Positions 60,927 to 64,000 of a stretch of DNA of 64,000 bases are shown piece after piece (the stretch's first letter is position 1; every line of letters begins with the position of its first letter). The position numbers were made by a program, and so were the translations under genes. Location of the stretch: positions 2,242 through 66,241 of the forward strand of contig CAWDPZ010000011.1 in the NCBI GenBank assembly GCA_963804265.1, given 5' to 3'. Below the pieces are notes generated by a model that was not told where the DNA came from, did no database searches, and was given only the letters and a program-made list of their open reading frames with translations. This stretch comes from an uncultured Acidimicrobiaceae bacterium (GTDB lineage: Bacteria > Actinomycetota > Acidimicrobiia > Acidimicrobiales > Bog-793).

Positions 60927-61911
60927 CTAGGCCGTGCCGCTCCGCTGGCGGATGGCGGCGACGAGAGCGGGGATGACCACGCTCAGGTCGCCGATCACCG
61001 CGTAGTCGGCAGCGCGAGATGATGGGCGCGTCCGCGTCGGTGTTGACGGCGATCACGTGCTTGGCGCTCTGGCAGCCCGCCAGGTGCTGGATGGCGCCGC
61101 TGATCCCACAGGCCATGTAGAGATCCGGGGCGATGCGCGTGCCGGTCTGGCCCACCTGGTGAGCGTGCGAGCGCCAGCCGGCGCTCGTGACCGCCCGCGA
61201 GACTCCGACGGCCGCGCCGAGCAGACCCGCGAGCTCTTCTATCGGGGCGAAGCCGTCGGCGCTGCCGACGCCCCGACCGCCGCCGATGACGACACGCGCC
61301 TCGGCGAGGGTGATGCCAGAGCTCTGCTTGGTCCAGTCCGAGACCCTGACGGCGAGATCCTCCGCCTCGAGAGCGGGTCGGTAGGTCTGCAAGCTGGTCG
61401 TGGCGGGGCTCGGCGCCGGTTCCGGCGCGACCCCGTCGAAGGCGACGGTCAGCAACGCGGGTGAGGCCTCCAAGACGGCGTCCTCGACGAGGCTTCCGGC
61501 CCAGCGCTGCCGGCTGAGCACAACGGTCGTCGCGTCCGACCTTTGGGCCGTGAAGCAGTTGGCCACCATCGGGAGCTCGAGCAGGGCACCGAGGTGGGCC
61601 ATGACCTCGTTGCCGCGGTCGGTGCCTGCGGCGACCGTCGCCGTCGCGGGAAGGCTCGAGCCGAGCCCGGCGAGGGCCCGCGCCCACGCGACCGGCGCGT
61701 ACGAGGCGAGCTCGTCCGAGACGATCGAGTAGGCCGCCGACACCCCGAACGAACAGAGGCTCGCAAGCACAGAAGCGCCCGGCTCGCCGACAACGGCTGC
61801 CGCCAGCTCCTCGCCCGAGGACTCCGCCAAGGCCCTGGAGAAGCTGAGCGCCCGCAGCGAAGCGTCGATCGGCTCGCTGCCGTCGTCCTCGAGGAGGCAA
61901 AGCACGGTCAT
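60927..61911 (-). CDS. etfA: Electron-transfer flavoprotein alpha subunit, frame broken near 61011
   Basis: VIGGGRG, GQTGTRIAPDLYMACGISGAIQHLAG and IAVNTDADAPI. The native tail (SRADYAVIGDLSVVIPALVAAIRQ..-TAG at 60927) is in another frame. Confidence 0.8.
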
Positions 61912-62675
61912 GGCAGGACGCCCAGCTCAGCGAGCAGCTCGACGAGGGCCGGCACCGCATCTACACCGGTGCCGAGGATCTCGGCACGCTGGCGCTCCAC
62001 CACCGGGACCCGGAGGGCCTGCTTGCGCACGGGGTCCCCGCTCCATTGCGGCACGCTCTGTTCGACGGGGGCCTTCTTGGCCCGCATGCGCCCCGGCAAA
62101 GAGGGATAGCGGGGAAGGTTGATGCCTTCTTTGACCGAGACGACGGCGGGCAGTCCGAGCTCGAACAGCTCGTCGCCGCCACGGAACTCCCGCCGCGCGC
62201 GCAGGGCCGGCCCGGCGACCTCGAGGTGCTTGATGCCGGTCGCACACGGGCGCCCGAGGGCGCGCGCCACGCGGATGGCGACCTGGTAGTCGCCGGTGTC
62301 GGCGGCCTCGTTGCCGAACAGGATCAGCTCATGGGCCCCGTTGGCGGCTTCGTCCGCCCTGACGGCCTCGACGATGGCACGGGCCGTCGCCATCGGCCCC
62401 CATTCGCGTCCGTCGGTCTCGAGCAGGAGCAGCCTGCCGGCCCCGATCGCAGCCGCGTCACGGAGCTGCTCGATCGCCTCGGGCGGCCCGAGGGTGAGCA
62501 CCGAGACGGTGCCTGCGTGGGTCTCGATCAACCGGACGGCCTCTTCGACGGCGCACTCCTCGTGCGGGCTTATCGTGAACCCGAGCAGGTGCGTGTCGAT
62601 CTCCTGCGCGTCCGGGGTCACAGCGACCCTGGCGCCGACCATCGGGACCCGTTTCACGCACACGAGGACGTTCAC
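61908..62675 (-). CDS. etfB: Electron-transfer flavoprotein beta subunit
   Basis: MNVLVCVKRVP and LILFGNEAADTGDYQV. It is intact and has a 4-nt overlap with etfA. Confidence 0.88.
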   Translation of the reverse strand: MNVLVCVKRVPMVGARVAVTPDAQEIDTHLLGFTISPHEECAVEEAVRLIETHAGTVSVLTLGPPEAIEQLRDAAAIGAGRLLLLETDGREWGPMATARAIVEAVRADEAANGAHELILFGNEAADTGDYQVAIRVARALGRPCATGIKHLEVAGPALRARREFRGGDELFELGLPAVVSVKEGINLPRYPSLPGRMRAKKAPVEQSVPQWSGDPVRKQALRVPVVERQRAEILGTGVDAVPALVELLAELGVLP

Positions 62676-62679
62676 CGCG

Positions 62680-64000
62680 TCAAGACCTCACTCTCTCGTT
62701 GTCCGGGTCGAACAAGGGGGTGGCGCCGACCACGGCAACCGTCACCGCGTAGCGCTCGCCCAGGTAGTCGACCGCAAGGCTCGAGCCCTGCTTGGCGAAG
62801 GACGTGGGCAGGTAGGCGAGCAGGATGTGCTTTGCGACCGAAGGCCCGGACCCGGCGCTCGTCACATAGGAGGGCCGGCCCTTGTCGTCGACGAGGCGGT
62901 CTCCCGCGGGGGTGAGGACGGGCTCCCCGCCGAGCATGTAGCGCGCCGTCCCGTCCCCCGAGCGCGGGTCGTCCACCGTCAAGGTGCACAGCTGCGCCAC
63001 GGGCTCGTTTGCGCGCTGGCTCAAATAGGCCTGCTTGCCGATGAAGTCGTCCTTCTTCACAGAAGGGCGCGCCATGCCCGCTTCGACGATGTTGTACTCG
63101 GAGTTGAGCTCGCTGCCGAAGGCCCGGTAGCCCTTTTCGAGGCGGCCCGTCGTTGCATAGACACCGATGCCGACGGGGACGAGGCCGCGGCCTTCACCCG
63201 CTTCGTAGAGCCTGTCGAAGGCGCGGGCCCCTTCCTCCATGGGCACGTAGATCTCCCAGCCCAGCTCACCCACATAAGAGATGCGGGATGCCAGCGCCCT
63301 TATGTCGCCGAGCTCGACCGGCCTGCAGGTCCCGAACGGGAAGCCTGCGTTGGAGACGTCGTCGTCGGTGCACGCCTCCATCACCTCCCGGGCCCGGGGA
63401 CCCCACAGGCCGAAGGTGGTCCAGGCCGAGGTGAGGTCGGTCACCTGGGCGGAGCCGTCGTCGGGAAGCTGGTCGCGGATCCAGCGCTTGTCGCTCATGC
63501 CCGTTGCCCCGCCGGTGACGATGCGGAAGTGCTGCGGGCCGAGCCGCATCACCGTCAAGTCGGAGCGGAACCCGCCGCTTTCGTCCAAGAGGGGCGTGTA
63601 GACGACCCGGCCGACAGCCACGTCCATCTGGGCGACAGCGAGACGCTGCAGTCCCGCCAGGGCGCCCGGGCCTGTGACGTCCAGCACGACGAAAGCGGAG
63701 AGGTCGACGATCCCGCAGCCGTCGCGCATGGCGAGGTGCTCGGCGTTGATGATCGGCGACCACCACCGCGACTCCCACTCTCCCGCACGCGGCATCACCT
63801 TGTCGCGGTAGCGGTCGAGGAGAGGCTCGTTGCTCGCGTACCAAAAGGGCCGCTCCCAGCCCGCCGTCTCGTGAAAGACGGCTCCGAGCTCGAGCTCCCG
63901 TGCGTAGACGGGGCTGAGGCGCGTCGGGCGGGCGGACTCCCACTGCTCGGCGGGGTGAACGATCCCGTACATCTTGTTGAAGCCCTCGCGCGCCCGGGCG
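62680..64000 (-). CDS. Dimethylglycine/sarcosine dehydrogenase-family protein. The C-terminal GcvT-like folate-binding part is present. The N-terminal FAD domain lies beyond the window.
   Basis: The ORF is open at the window edge. Aminomethyltransferase-fold blocks are IVDLSAF, YTPLLDESGG, RISYVGELGWEIY and GYRAFGSEL. Confidence 0.8.
   Translation of the reverse strand, partial: ARAREGFNKMYGIVHPAEQWESARPTRLSPVYARELELGAVFHETAGWERPFWYASNEPLLDRYRDKVMPRAGEWESRWWSPIINAEHLAMRDGCGIVDLSAFVVLDVTGPGALAGLQRLAVAQMDVAVGRVVYTPLLDESGGFRSDLTVMRLGPQHFRIVTGGATGMSDKRWIRDQLPDDGSAQVTDLTSAWTTFGLWGPRAREVMEACTDDDVSNAGFPFGTCRPVELGDIRALASRISYVGELGWEIYVPMEEGARAFDRLYEAGEGRGLVPVGIGVYATTGRLEKGYRAFGSELNSEYNIVEAGMARPSVKKDDFIGKQAYLSQRANEPVAQLCTLTVDDPRSGDGTARYMLGGEPVLTPAGDRLVDDKGRPSYVTSAGSGPSVAKHILLAYLPTSFAKQGSSLAVDYLGERYAVTVAVVGATPLFDPDNERVRS

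Noticed and set aside
3168-61911. Programmed ribosomal frameshifting as an explanation of the frame breaks
   Set aside because: There are too many sites, in unrelated genes and in both directions. I saw no recurring slippery heptamer or downstream structure at the sites I inspected.
36860-64000. Right half of the window as a horizontally acquired genomic island or mobile element
   Set aside because: No integrase, transposase, flanking tRNA or direct repeats were seen. Apart from short intergenic AT-rich patches, base composition looks the same as in the housekeeping part.

Overview
The window is a GC-rich chromosomal segment (roughly 70% by eye, not computed) of actinobacterial type. Supporting markers are the mycothiol-conjugate amidase Mca, a PspA-PspAA-HtpX-PspAB module, DedA, LepB and many 4-nt start/stop overlaps. 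I support about 60 protein genes and recognised no rRNA, tRNA, CRISPR array, transposase or integrase.

Layout:
- 1-22.6 kb: envelope and housekeeping genes, plus a histidine-utilisation operon (IMPase/HisN-like, hutU, fused ftcD, hutI) and pabB/pabC.
- 22.6-36.6 kb: gabD-like dehydrogenase and an IclR-associated catabolic locus (Zn-ADH, a translationally coupled formaldehyde-activating-enzyme homologue, SDR, FAD oxidase, FGGY kinase), flanked by a peptide-type ABC importer.
- 36.8-64 kb: a contiguous methylated-amine island.
  - Five coupled genes match every step of the published ergothioneine degradation pathway: cyclic amidohydrolase, second urocanase paralogue, DUF917, M20 carbamoylase, and a HAL homologue lacking the MIO tripeptide. 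An MFS transporter and a LysR regulator sit next to them.
  - Directly abutting is a non-pyrrolysine MttB-family module: methyltransferase, corrinoid protein, methyl-THF methyltransferase, RamA-type activase and DUF1638.
  - These are followed by an APC permease, Amt, choline dehydrogenase, ETF alpha/beta and a dimethylglycine/sarcosine-dehydrogenase-family gene that runs off the window.

Across the whole window, about 45 single-nucleotide frame breaks, one in-frame TAG and one 50/51-nt imperfect tandem duplication interrupt about 28 otherwise well-conserved genes. They are unevenly distributed. Several are hidden inside ORFs that look intact in the six-frame track. Breakpoint coordinates below are approximate and were reconstructed by eye.
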